Shown here in pieces: positions 10,512 to 17,572 of a DNA stretch of 64,000 bases (position 1 is its first letter; the number at the start of each line of letters is the position of its first letter). The translations under genes and the position numbers were made by a program. Origin of the DNA: Omnitrophica bacterium RIFCSPLOWO2_12_FULL_50_11 (GTDB lineage: Bacteria > Omnitrophota > Omnitrophia > Omnitrophales > Danuiimicrobiaceae); the NCBI GenBank assembly GCA_001804315.1, contig MHFT01000050.1, positions 4,600 to 68,599 of the forward strand, written 5' to 3'. The notes below the pieces were generated by a model, which saw only the letters and a program-made list of their open reading frames with translations, was not told the origin of the DNA and searched no databases.

Positions 10512-11114
10512 ATGACTTGGATCGTTGGGATTTTTGTTTTTCTGATGAGCATGACGGTGCACGAAGCGTCACACGGGGCAGTCGCTTTTATTCGTGGCGA
10601 CCGAACCGCAAAAGATATGGGACGTTTGACGCTCAATCCGCTGCGGCACATCGATCTCTTCTGGACGGTTTTGTTTCCCGCGCTGCTCTTTGTATCTACG
10701 GCGGGACAGTTTGTGATTGGGATGGCGAAGCCAGTACCCGTCAACTTTGCCAACTTGTATCACCCGAAGCGCGATATGATTTGGGTCGCTTTGGCAGGTC
10801 CTGCGGCGAACATCATTTTTGCCGAATTCCTGCTCTGGGCGCTGCACCTGACCCATCTTCGGGTTTTCCTGCTCGGCGTATACTTTAATCTAGGTCTGGC
10901 GGTGTTTAATTTGCTGCCGATTCCACCCTTAGATGGTTCGCGTATCGCAGCGGGTGTTCTGCCGCGTCCGTGGGATCGCGAGTACCTCAAAATAGAACCA
11001 TACGGTTTTTTAATTGTACTTGTGCTTTATTTTACGGGTGCTTTATATGCGTGGGTGATTCCAGGGATTAACTTATTGGCGTCTTTTTTGGGGATCCCAA
11101 AGTTATATTTATGA
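10512..11114 (+). CDS. Small site-2-protease-family (peptidase M50) zinc metalloprotease
   Basis: HEASH (HExxH) in a TM helix, LPIPPLDGSRI (LDG motif). About 200 aa, all membrane. Stop TGA lies within an ATGATCCCC repeat-like terminus. Confidence 0.7.
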   Translation: MTWIVGIFVFLMSMTVHEASHGAVAFIRGDRTAKDMGRLTLNPLRHIDLFWTVLFPALLFVSTAGQFVIGMAKPVPVNFANLYHPKRDMIWVALAGPAANIIFAEFLLWALHLTHLRVFLLGVYFNLGLAVFNLLPIPPLDGSRIAAGVLPRPWDREYLKIEPYGFLIVLVLYFTGALYAWVIPGINLLASFLGIPKLYL

Positions 11115-11119
11115 TCCCC

Positions 11120-11240
11120 TTTTTGGGTCATCCCGAAATTCGCAAAATCCGAAAAACCCGAAAAAAAGAGAAAGAAAAAAGGAAGCGAAAAAAGAAAGAG
11201 AAAAACGGCTGCTATTTTCTCACCTTAAAAACCTAAGAAA
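11120..11240. repeat. Homopurine (A/G-rich, GAAA-like) low-complexity tract of about 110 nt
   Basis: ccgaaaaacccgaaaaaaagagaaagaaaaaaggaagcgaaaaaagaaagagaaaaacgg; the + strand is almost entirely purines. Confidence 0.8.
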
Positions 11241-11245
11241 TTGGT

Positions 11246-11518
11246 CTAGACAATGGGGTCCACTTCCGATGAACATAAAATATTTGTAAAAAAATAACCT
11301 GTTGGATGCTCCAAAGTTGCATATCGAAAAATACCGCCGGTTACGGCGATGATCAAATCAACGGTTATCCAGTTGCTTCCTTCTTTGAAATATGCAAAAT
11401 CATCCGGTGGGGACAGGGCCGGTCCGGCGATGGGGATGATATTGGCAATGCCCTCAGGCGTATCCGTGTCTCTGATCTCTATAAAGTGACCAGTTCCGTC
11501 TTGAAGTACTCGGTACAT
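11246..11518 (-). CDS. Hypothetical 90-aa protein. Its ATG lies 2 nt downstream of the higA stop, making it a possible third gene of the TA operon
   Basis: ATG at 11518 follows the higA TAA (11521-11523) with a 2-nt gap. No recognisable motifs. A + strand alternative ORF also exists. Confidence 0.3.
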   Translation of the reverse strand: MYRVLQDGTGHFIEIRDTDTPEGIANIIPIAGPALSPPDDFAYFKEGSNWITVDLIIAVTGGIFRYATLEHPTGYFFTNILCSSEVDPIV

Positions 11519-11520
11519 TT

Positions 11521-11862
11521 TTAAGCTGCCTGACGATCTCTTTTTGCAATTGCCTGTCCAATTTTATGCAAGGCCTCTCGGCTAATAGGGATGGCCTGCA
11601 AACGTACTGTATAACCGAGATGGAGCAATATCTTTTCGAGTGTCGCAACACTTGAAAATTCTCCGCTCTCCATTTTGGAAATATGCTGCTGGGATACACC
11701 AATCTTCTCGGCCAATTGTGTCTGATTCAGTTTGTGCTTGATCCGGTAATCAACGATCTTTTTCACAATCTCGAGTTTCTGCTCCTCAAGCTCGTGAAGT
11801 TCCTTAAAATAGGGATCCTTGAGCTTTTCCTGCAGATGCTTGTCAACGCTTTCCGTCTTCAT
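11521..11862 (-). CDS. higA: HigA-like antitoxin, XRE-family HTH protein. Start trimmed to MKTESV at 11862
   Basis: HTH_3 signature KLNQTQLAEKIGVSQQHISKMESGE. SD GGGGTGA precedes the ATG at 11862. Lies immediately downstream of the toxin gene. Confidence 0.7.
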   Translation of the reverse strand: MKTESVDKHLQEKLKDPYFKELHELEEQKLEIVKKIVDYRIKHKLNQTQLAEKIGVSQQHISKMESGEFSSVATLEKILLHLGYTVRLQAIPISREALHKIGQAIAKRDRQAA

Positions 11863-11887
11863 TTTGATCACCCCATTTCTTTCCATC

Positions 11888-12247
11888 TTATTTTTGCTTT
11901 CCTGTTCTTTCCAAAAAGAGCTTCCGTCTCTGAATCGCAACTTCCCTTTCGTTCTTTGGCGTCTTATCGGATTTCTTAATAAAGCCATTTGTGAAAATTG
12001 CCCGGTCCTGATGAAAGAAAAAGTATAAAACCCTTATAGCTCCCTCCCGTCCCTTGAACCTGAGTTCTAATATCTCATCGCCTATATACTTTGCATGGGG
12101 CTGCGGAAGCTTGTGTCCAAACTCTTCCAGCAGACCTACAACGAAGAAGAACTTCCGCTGTGTCTTCGGAACCAGTGAATCGATGAACTCTCGAACCGGC
12201 ACCCAGCTTGAATCCGTGACGAAGTATTCGCATGATACCTTCTTCAC
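11888..12247 (-). CDS. higB: HigB-like toxin (RelE/ParE superfamily, Gp49/DUF891 type). GTG start
   Basis: ELRFKGREGAIRVLYFFF...IFTNGFIKKSDKTPKNEREVAIQRRK matches the HigB-2/Gp49 pattern ELRx..G..RV.YF....L.GF.K..K.P..E...A. Toxin-upstream/antitoxin-downstream order is typical of higBA. Confidence 0.65.
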   Translation of the reverse strand: MKKVSCEYFVTDSSWVPVREFIDSLVPKTQRKFFFVVGLLEEFGHKLPQPHAKYIGDEILELRFKGREGAIRVLYFFFHQDRAIFTNGFIKKSDKTPKNEREVAIQRRKLFLERTGKQK

Positions 12248-12272
12248 TTCACCCCCTGATGTTATATTACAA

Positions 12273-12305
12273 CCATTTAGTAGTATGCCACCATTTAGTT
12301 GTATG
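12273..12305. promoter_or_regulatory. Two 15-nt direct repeats (CCATTTAGTAGTATG / CCATTTAGTTGTATG) overlapping a TTGACA -35 upstream of higB. Candidate operator
   Basis: Tandem repeats separated by CCA, abutting the rc TTGACA at 12304-12309 on the minus strand. Confidence 0.45.
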
Positions 12306-12317
12306 TCAAGTTGGCCA

Positions 12318-12366
12318 TTAAAGTAAAAACCGCCAGATGCCTATAGGAAGGACACCCGGCGGTTCT
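12318..12366 (-). terminator. Rho-independent terminator for the GH130-GT4 operon
   Basis: Minus strand reads AACCGCCGGGTGTCC...CTGGCGGTT (7-bp GC stem) followed by TTTTACTTT, about 140 nt after the GT gene stop. Confidence 0.55.
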
Positions 12367-12505
12367 GTTTCTCTTTCGATTTTTTGATGGGAGAACAATT
12401 GGCTCCCCGTACTGGACGACTTTCGCAACTGGGCACTATCTACCACAGAGACGGGAATCTTCAAAGTCCATTTTGAGGCAGCTATTTGTTAGGAGTAGGA
12501 AATCA

Positions 12506-14761
12506 TCAAGAGTGCTGAATAGCAAGTCTTGCTAAAAGGTAAGAGGTGGTGGACTCCGCTCCCTGATTGAGATTAATTTGACCGTCTCCCACGCCGTCAT
12601 AACACCCGCCCGTGGCCCTGTCATAAACCATCTGATTCAGGCTGTTGTCGCCCAAAAACCAGTTAAAGGCTTCGAGCATGAGTTTGTGATAACTCTCTTT
12701 TCCTGTGACAGAATAGGCGATCTGAAGCGCGCAAGCCATGGCGGAAGCGTCCTCGGGCTGCTGGTCAAAATAGCGGCGCTCACCGGTTTTTTGATGCCAG
12801 CCATCCTGGCCAATCGGCGCGTAGATTCCGTTTAAAAAAGTCTGGGCAATCAAAAAATCCAAAGTCTTGATGCCAGTCTCGAGAAAATCACTATTGCCGG
12901 TTTGCTGATACCCCAAAAGAAGCGCCTCGGGAACAACGGCATTCGAATAGGTTAAATAGGTTTCGAACCATTCCCATTCTTTCGACGAAACTCCCCGGTA
13001 AAGCGAGACCAGGCGGTCACAGTAACGAACCACTCGCTGTTTGAAGTCTTCCCAGTTAATTTCCTTCGGATTTTTTAAAAGTAGGCAAAGTCCTTTCACA
13101 TAAAAGGCGGTGGCGCGTGGGGATTCTATTATCAGAGGATGGTCCATTCTTCTTTTTAATAAGGAAAATGCCCTCTCTCTAAGGGTGTCCGGCAGGGCTG
13201 CTGTAGTTGCCGCGGCTGCGAGCGCCCAGAGTGTCCGGCCATTCGCGTCTTCAAGATTTTCTTTTTGGTTAAACTCATGGTCGATGGTTCTATCCGGCTT
13301 CACGTAATTATAAAAAAGGCCGTTTTCGTCCGAGACAAATTCGATGAAACGCAGGTAAATTTCAATGCGTTTGAGCACTTCATTTTTTCTTTTATCAGGA
13401 GAAAGGGCCTTAATGGCTTTGCCGATCTGCTCCATGTAGGAACACGACACAATAAGCGCACGTGCGTTATCGTCTACGGTATAACCCGAGGAAATGTCAG
13501 GCAAAGAAAGCTGGGCGAATTGAATGATCCCGAAATCGTCGGTCAGACGAAACAAATGGTTTAAGTTACTCCGTGGAATTTTTTTGTACTTACTGACTTT
13601 GGCGATATCGCCGGAGTATTTCGAAAACAATTTTAAATACTCAAGGGCAACATTGTCCCAGGTCATATTGCGGGTCCTAAAATAAGCGTTCTTTCCAAAT
13701 TGTTCCCTGAGCTGGAGGTCTTTCAAAAGCTTGAGAAGAGCCTCGGCATAGGAGGCCGAGTCCCTGAAATTGACTAAGAACCCGGTTTGTGGAGTGATGA
13801 TCTCCTTGGCTTGGGCAAAAGGAGTAGAGATGACGGGTCGGCCGGACCCCAGAGCGTAGGAGAGCGTTCCCGAAACAGTTTGATTCGGATCCAGAGAGGT
13901 TGAAATGTAAATATCCGCGGCCCTCAAAAACTGGAGGAGTTTGTCGAGCGATACGTACTCATTATAGAAACTTACGTTAGAAGAGAGCTTGAGTTCGCGC
14001 ACCTTTTGAATGAGGGACTTCCGGTAGCTTTCGCCTTCTTCTTTTAAGACATTGGGATGAGTCGCACCCAAAACGATATACCTGAGGTCCGGGTAAGCCT
14101 TCACCACCGGAGGCAGGGCCTCCAGAACATATTCAATTCCTTTTCCGCGGCTGAGAAGCCCGAAGGTCAAAAGGATTGTGTTTTTTGAAAAACTTAAAAC
14201 AGACTTGGACTTTGCGCTGGGGGTATAAGGCGCGGGGTGAATACCGTGAAGGATGACCGAAATTTTTTTCCCGTCAATTCCGTATTCTCCGGCCAGGATT
14301 TCTTTTGAACGGTGCGTCATTGCGACTAGACCGCTTGTTTTTTCGGCGATCGAACGCACGATGTTATGAAGTTCGGGATTGGGGGAAGGGAGAACGCTAT
14401 GAAAGGTCACAACCGAAGGCTTTTTGAGTACGTCTAAAAAGGAAAGGATACAAGAACCGTATTTTCCTCCAAAAAGGCCGAATTCATGTTGGATATTGAC
14501 GAGCTTGATGTCATCCGTTTTGTTTATTTTTTCAGCCGTACTGATGAAGCTGGACTCCGAATGCGGGTCGAGCTCGAAAATTACTTCCCGCGGGTAATGG
14601 TAGCGCGACACCGCATCGTTGTTGATCGCGGCGATCCGCGAATCCAGGGCAGTCTCAAACAAGTGATCGATGGCGACCGCGAGGTCTTGAGTAAAAGTCG
14701 CGATCCCGCATTCCCGGGGCGGAAAACTGGACAAATAGACAATCTTTAGGCTTTCTTTCAT
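12506..14761 (-). CDS. Family 4 glycosyltransferase (GT-B) fused to a C-terminal ~330-aa (alpha/alpha)6 six-hairpin-glycosidase-like domain
   Basis: N-terminal IVYLSSFPPRECGIATFTQDL plus a typical GT4 C-terminal Rossmann half (EGFGLP-like region). The C-terminal region has WALAAAAT..., DGW...YFD.QPED, WFLGDN...GGCYDG patterns reminiscent of GH63/GH15-type toroids. Confidence 0.65.
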   Translation of the reverse strand: MKESLKIVYLSSFPPRECGIATFTQDLAVAIDHLFETALDSRIAAINNDAVSRYHYPREVIFELDPHSESSFISTAEKINKTDDIKLVNIQHEFGLFGGKYGSCILSFLDVLKKPSVVTFHSVLPSPNPELHNIVRSIAEKTSGLVAMTHRSKEILAGEYGIDGKKISVILHGIHPAPYTPSAKSKSVLSFSKNTILLTFGLLSRGKGIEYVLEALPPVVKAYPDLRYIVLGATHPNVLKEEGESYRKSLIQKVRELKLSSNVSFYNEYVSLDKLLQFLRAADIYISTSLDPNQTVSGTLSYALGSGRPVISTPFAQAKEIITPQTGFLVNFRDSASYAEALLKLLKDLQLREQFGKNAYFRTRNMTWDNVALEYLKLFSKYSGDIAKVSKYKKIPRSNLNHLFRLTDDFGIIQFAQLSLPDISSGYTVDDNARALIVSCSYMEQIGKAIKALSPDKRKNEVLKRIEIYLRFIEFVSDENGLFYNYVKPDRTIDHEFNQKENLEDANGRTLWALAAAATTAALPDTLRERAFSLLKRRMDHPLIIESPRATAFYVKGLCLLLKNPKEINWEDFKQRVVRYCDRLVSLYRGVSSKEWEWFETYLTYSNAVVPEALLLGYQQTGNSDFLETGIKTLDFLIAQTFLNGIYAPIGQDGWHQKTGERRYFDQQPEDASAMACALQIAYSVTGKESYHKLMLEAFNWFLGDNSLNQMVYDRATGGCYDGVGDGQINLNQGAESTTSYLLARLAIQHS

Positions 14762-14783
14762 TTAATAGACGGACAACCCAACC

Positions 14784-15740
14784 CTACTGGTTTTTCAATT
14801 CTCCCAAGAGTTCATCGATCTCGAGAGATTTCGCCGCGATCCTTTTGTCGGCAGCGCCGTAGTAGATAAAAAGCCGGCCGTCTTTTAGCACGGTGCCTGT
14901 GGGGAAAACCACGTTGTTGACATCGCCCTGCTTTTCCCACGCTTCGACGGGAGAAAACAAGGGCCGTTTCAGACGCCCTATGACTTTGGTCGGATCATGG
15001 AAGTCGAGGAGGGCGGCGGCGTGATAAATCCGGCCCTGGCGGGAGTCTTCTACGCCGTGATAGATCAAAAGCCACCCGTCTTTCGTTTCGATAGGCGGAC
15101 ACCCGCCTCCGATGTTCCTGCTTTCAAACCTGTATTCGGGATCGAGTACAATGTAGTCACCCAAATTCATGAGATAAGCTCTCCAATAATCATCCGTCAA
15201 GTCTTTAAAATCATTGAAATAGATGACTTGTATTCCGGGTAAGACCCGGTGAATTAGCGCGAATTTATTTTTAATTTTCTTGGGAAAGATGAAGGCATCT
15301 TTCTCCCACAGGAGCATGTCGTTACCCTGGCGGTCTCTGATGTAGGAATCGAAGACAAAATAGTTCTCCCGCACCTTGGTCGTCGAGCAGCCAAAAAGGT
15401 TGCTTGCTTCGATGTAAGGAATGCGCGGGGAGATTACTTCGTGTTTTTCGAAATGGACAAGGTCGGTGCTGGTCGCATAAGCAAACAGCGCGTTTTTTCC
15501 GTCATAAACCGTATAAAAAAGATAATAGACCCCGTCTAAAAAAATAATCCGCGGGTCCTCGACACCCATTCTTTCGTAACGGTGTTCGGGAAAAAGGATG
15601 GGCCTCTCCAATCGGGCGACGACCTTGCCCCCTTCCAGCCGGCAGCAGCCTATGGACGAAACCATGTCCACGCGCCGCACGGCCCGGTAAAACAAGTGAG
15701 TCACGCCGTCTTTTTCGATGCAGGCGGGATTTAAAACCAC
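14784..15740 (-). CDS. GH130-family glycoside phosphorylase/hydrolase (beta-mannoside phosphorylase-like, DUF377). GTG start
   Basis: LNPACIEKDGVTHLFYRAV, DGVYYLFYTVYDGKNALFAYATSTDLVHFEK, RLFIYYGAADKRIAAKSLEIDELL. Five-bladed propeller family signature. Confidence 0.75.
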   Translation of the reverse strand: MVLNPACIEKDGVTHLFYRAVRRVDMVSSIGCCRLEGGKVVARLERPILFPEHRYERMGVEDPRIIFLDGVYYLFYTVYDGKNALFAYATSTDLVHFEKHEVISPRIPYIEASNLFGCSTTKVRENYFVFDSYIRDRQGNDMLLWEKDAFIFPKKIKNKFALIHRVLPGIQVIYFNDFKDLTDDYWRAYLMNLGDYIVLDPEYRFESRNIGGGCPPIETKDGWLLIYHGVEDSRQGRIYHAAALLDFHDPTKVIGRLKRPLFSPVEAWEKQGDVNNVVFPTGTVLKDGRLFIYYGAADKRIAAKSLEIDELLGELKNQ

Positions 15741-16000
15741 CTGATTTTCAAATGCGTTTTCCGAACTTTCGAGGATGATGCCCTCGCTTTTGATTTAGAT
15801 CATGGGCCTCCAAATGCCGCCTGCCTGTCGGCAGGCAGGGGTTCAATAAAAAAGCGCTACCGGATTATACTCCGGCAACACCTTGGGATTATGGGTATTG
15901 TAATAATCTCGTCGGGATGGACGCCAAACGAACCACGCATGATCAATGGGCATCATTACTTATAACAATGGAAAAGTGGCGTGGTGCCCACGGAGCGAAG

Positions 16001-17290
16001 TTAATCGAGCCTGTCCTTTAAAACATATCCCGTTGTCCTGCCGTCACCGATTTTTTGAATAAGGCCCGCTTCGAGCAATCGGTTGAAATCCTTGCGCGCT
16101 GTTTCGTCGGAGCATTGATTGAGCTTGCAATACTTCCTGGTTGTCATTTTCTCCGGATGTTCGAGCATCCACTGAAGCGCTTTAATTTGTTTCTTGTCAA
16201 GTTGGGCTTGGGCCTTTTGGCTTAAAACATCGCGGATGTCCCTGACCTTTGTTTCTTTCGCAATCTCGATCTGAACGTTTTTTAATTGCTCCGCCAGAGC
16301 TGTCAGGTAATAAAGAATAAAAAACGTTGCATCGCTGTCATGGGCCTCGGCATTCTGGATAGCACGGTAATATTCACCGCGATGATGGTCAAAATAATCC
16401 GATGGGACAAGGAAATTGATAAATTGATAGCCCTGCTTCATCAGATACAAATTTGATAATGCTCGGGCCGAGCGGCCGTTGCCATCATCAAAAGGATGAA
16501 CATGCACGAAATAAAGATGCACAAACGCGGCCTTTATCAGAGGGTGATTTTCAAAAGTATCATTCATCCACTGAACGTAAGAATCCATCATTCGCATCAC
16601 TTCGGATGCCGGAGGGCCTTCATAAACAACTTGCCCTTGGCCGTCTACAACATAGATGGGGCCTTTACGGTACCCCCCGACGGTAATGGGTCTTTTCTTA
16701 TGGGTGTTCCTTACAAGAATCTTGTGAAGCTCGCAGATCATTTCATGGCTGAAAGGATTTGCGCTTTGCCCACGGATATATTCTAAGGCGTCCCTGTTAT
16801 TGACGATCATTTGAAGACTTTCATCTCCATAATCTTCCCGGGAAGGTTTGTTCAAGTGGAGCAAAGCCACTTCCAGACTCGTTACGGCCCCTTCAATATG
16901 GCTGGAGTAATAAGCTTCCTTTTTTTCGGTTTCAGACGCTAGACGATCGAGAAATTTTTTCGGAAGCTTAAGCGAAGCTAAAAATCCCCTGTTCCTTTCG
17001 ATCTCGGAGATGAGGGCCAGAAGAGTTGGGGGCAGAACAAACCAAAAAGGTTTTCCTTTTTTATCAAGAAGATCCAGACGGTTTGCCTTGCGGAGACGGT
17101 CTTCTTCAACCTCTCGCCATTTTTCGGGGCTGTATTTGGCCAGGATTTTTTGTTTTTCGAAGTAATCTTCCATAAAAGTTAATCGCCAACTATTCGCCAA
17201 TAATATACCCGGTTTCTTGAGGATTGTCCAGAGGGGATTTTTACGAATTCGTAGTTCGAAATCGCCAATAAAACGCCAATTATTCGCCAA
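16001..17290 (-). CDS. Class II Fic-family AMPylator (Fic/DOC) with C-terminal winged HTH. Likely true start MEDYFEK at 17173
   Basis: Canonical Fic motif HPFDDGNGRSARAL; N-terminal inhibitory motif SSHIEG, i.e. (S/T)xxxE(G/N); C-terminal wHTH. Confidence 0.85.
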   Translation of the reverse strand: MANNWRFIGDFELRIRKNPLWTILKKPGILLANSWRLTFMEDYFEKQKILAKYSPEKWREVEEDRLRKANRLDLLDKKGKPFWFVLPPTLLALISEIERNRGFLASLKLPKKFLDRLASETEKKEAYYSSHIEGAVTSLEVALLHLNKPSREDYGDESLQMIVNNRDALEYIRGQSANPFSHEMICELHKILVRNTHKKRPITVGGYRKGPIYVVDGQGQVVYEGPPASEVMRMMDSYVQWMNDTFENHPLIKAAFVHLYFVHVHPFDDGNGRSARALSNLYLMKQGYQFINFLVPSDYFDHHRGEYYRAIQNAEAHDSDATFFILYYLTALAEQLKNVQIEIAKETKVRDIRDVLSQKAQAQLDKKQIKALQWMLEHPEKMTTRKYCKLNQCSDETARKDFNRLLEAGLIQKIGDGRTTGYVLKDRLD

Positions 17291-17294
17291 GCTG
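17181..17294. promoter_or_regulatory. Five TTGGCGA(A/T) direct repeats in two clusters at 11-nt spacing, flanking a perfect 10-bp palindrome ACGAATTCGT, upstream of or overlapping the 5' end of fic
   Basis: CGCCAA at 17184, 17195, 17263, 17274 and 17285 (+ strand), spaced 11 nt within each cluster; palindrome at 17243-17252. Confidence 0.5.
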
Positions 17295-17436
17295 TTGTCA
17301 AATTTATTGCCAGGTTTTTAGCGCCCTTACAAAGAAAAAAGGTGAAGCCGCTTTGATTCGCCTTCACCTTTACTTTTGGCTCGAAAAGTTCGAGCCCTAT
17401 AGGGCTCCCCGGGCAGGGCTCGAACCAAGGTCACTC

Positions 17437-17474
17437 GAAAAATAAAAGGGGTTGCACTTCCGCACAACCCCTTT
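17437..17474 (-). terminator. Rho-independent terminator of the DEAD-box helicase gene
   Basis: Minus strand reads GGGGTTGTGCGGAAGTGCAACCCC hairpin followed by TTTTATTTTT, about 100 nt after the helicase stop. Confidence 0.7.
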
Positions 17475-17572
17475 GCGGTTTCTCCCCGTATGGGCGGGCT
17501 TTTTTCAGTCCCGCGTAGTTTGCGGGAACGACTTTCGCAACCGGCTGATATTCAAAGGCCGTCCTAAGCGAA

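Noticed and set aside
12054-12326. 90-aa + strand ORF, and other same-size ORFs antisense to real genes (e.g. 19200..19649, 20591..21109, 22098..22576)
   Set aside because: Each lies wholly within, and antisense to, a motif-supported gene.
15815-15845. Palindrome CCTGCCTG-TCGG-CAGGCAGG between fic and the GH130 gene
   Set aside because: The A-run follows it on the + strand, so on the minus strand the T-run precedes the stem. In neither direction is there a U-tract after the stem, so it is not a convincing intrinsic terminator.
17370-17436. tRNA-like motif GGGCTCGAACC and several palindromes (GGCTCGAAAAGTTCGAGCC, GAGCCCTATAGGGCTC) between fic and the helicase
   Set aside because: No cloverleaf can be drawn: there is no acceptor stem, and the would-be T-stem arms do not pair. 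The palindromes are probably operator or REP-type structures. Only the adjacent hairpin plus T-run at 17437-17474 was kept, as the helicase terminator.
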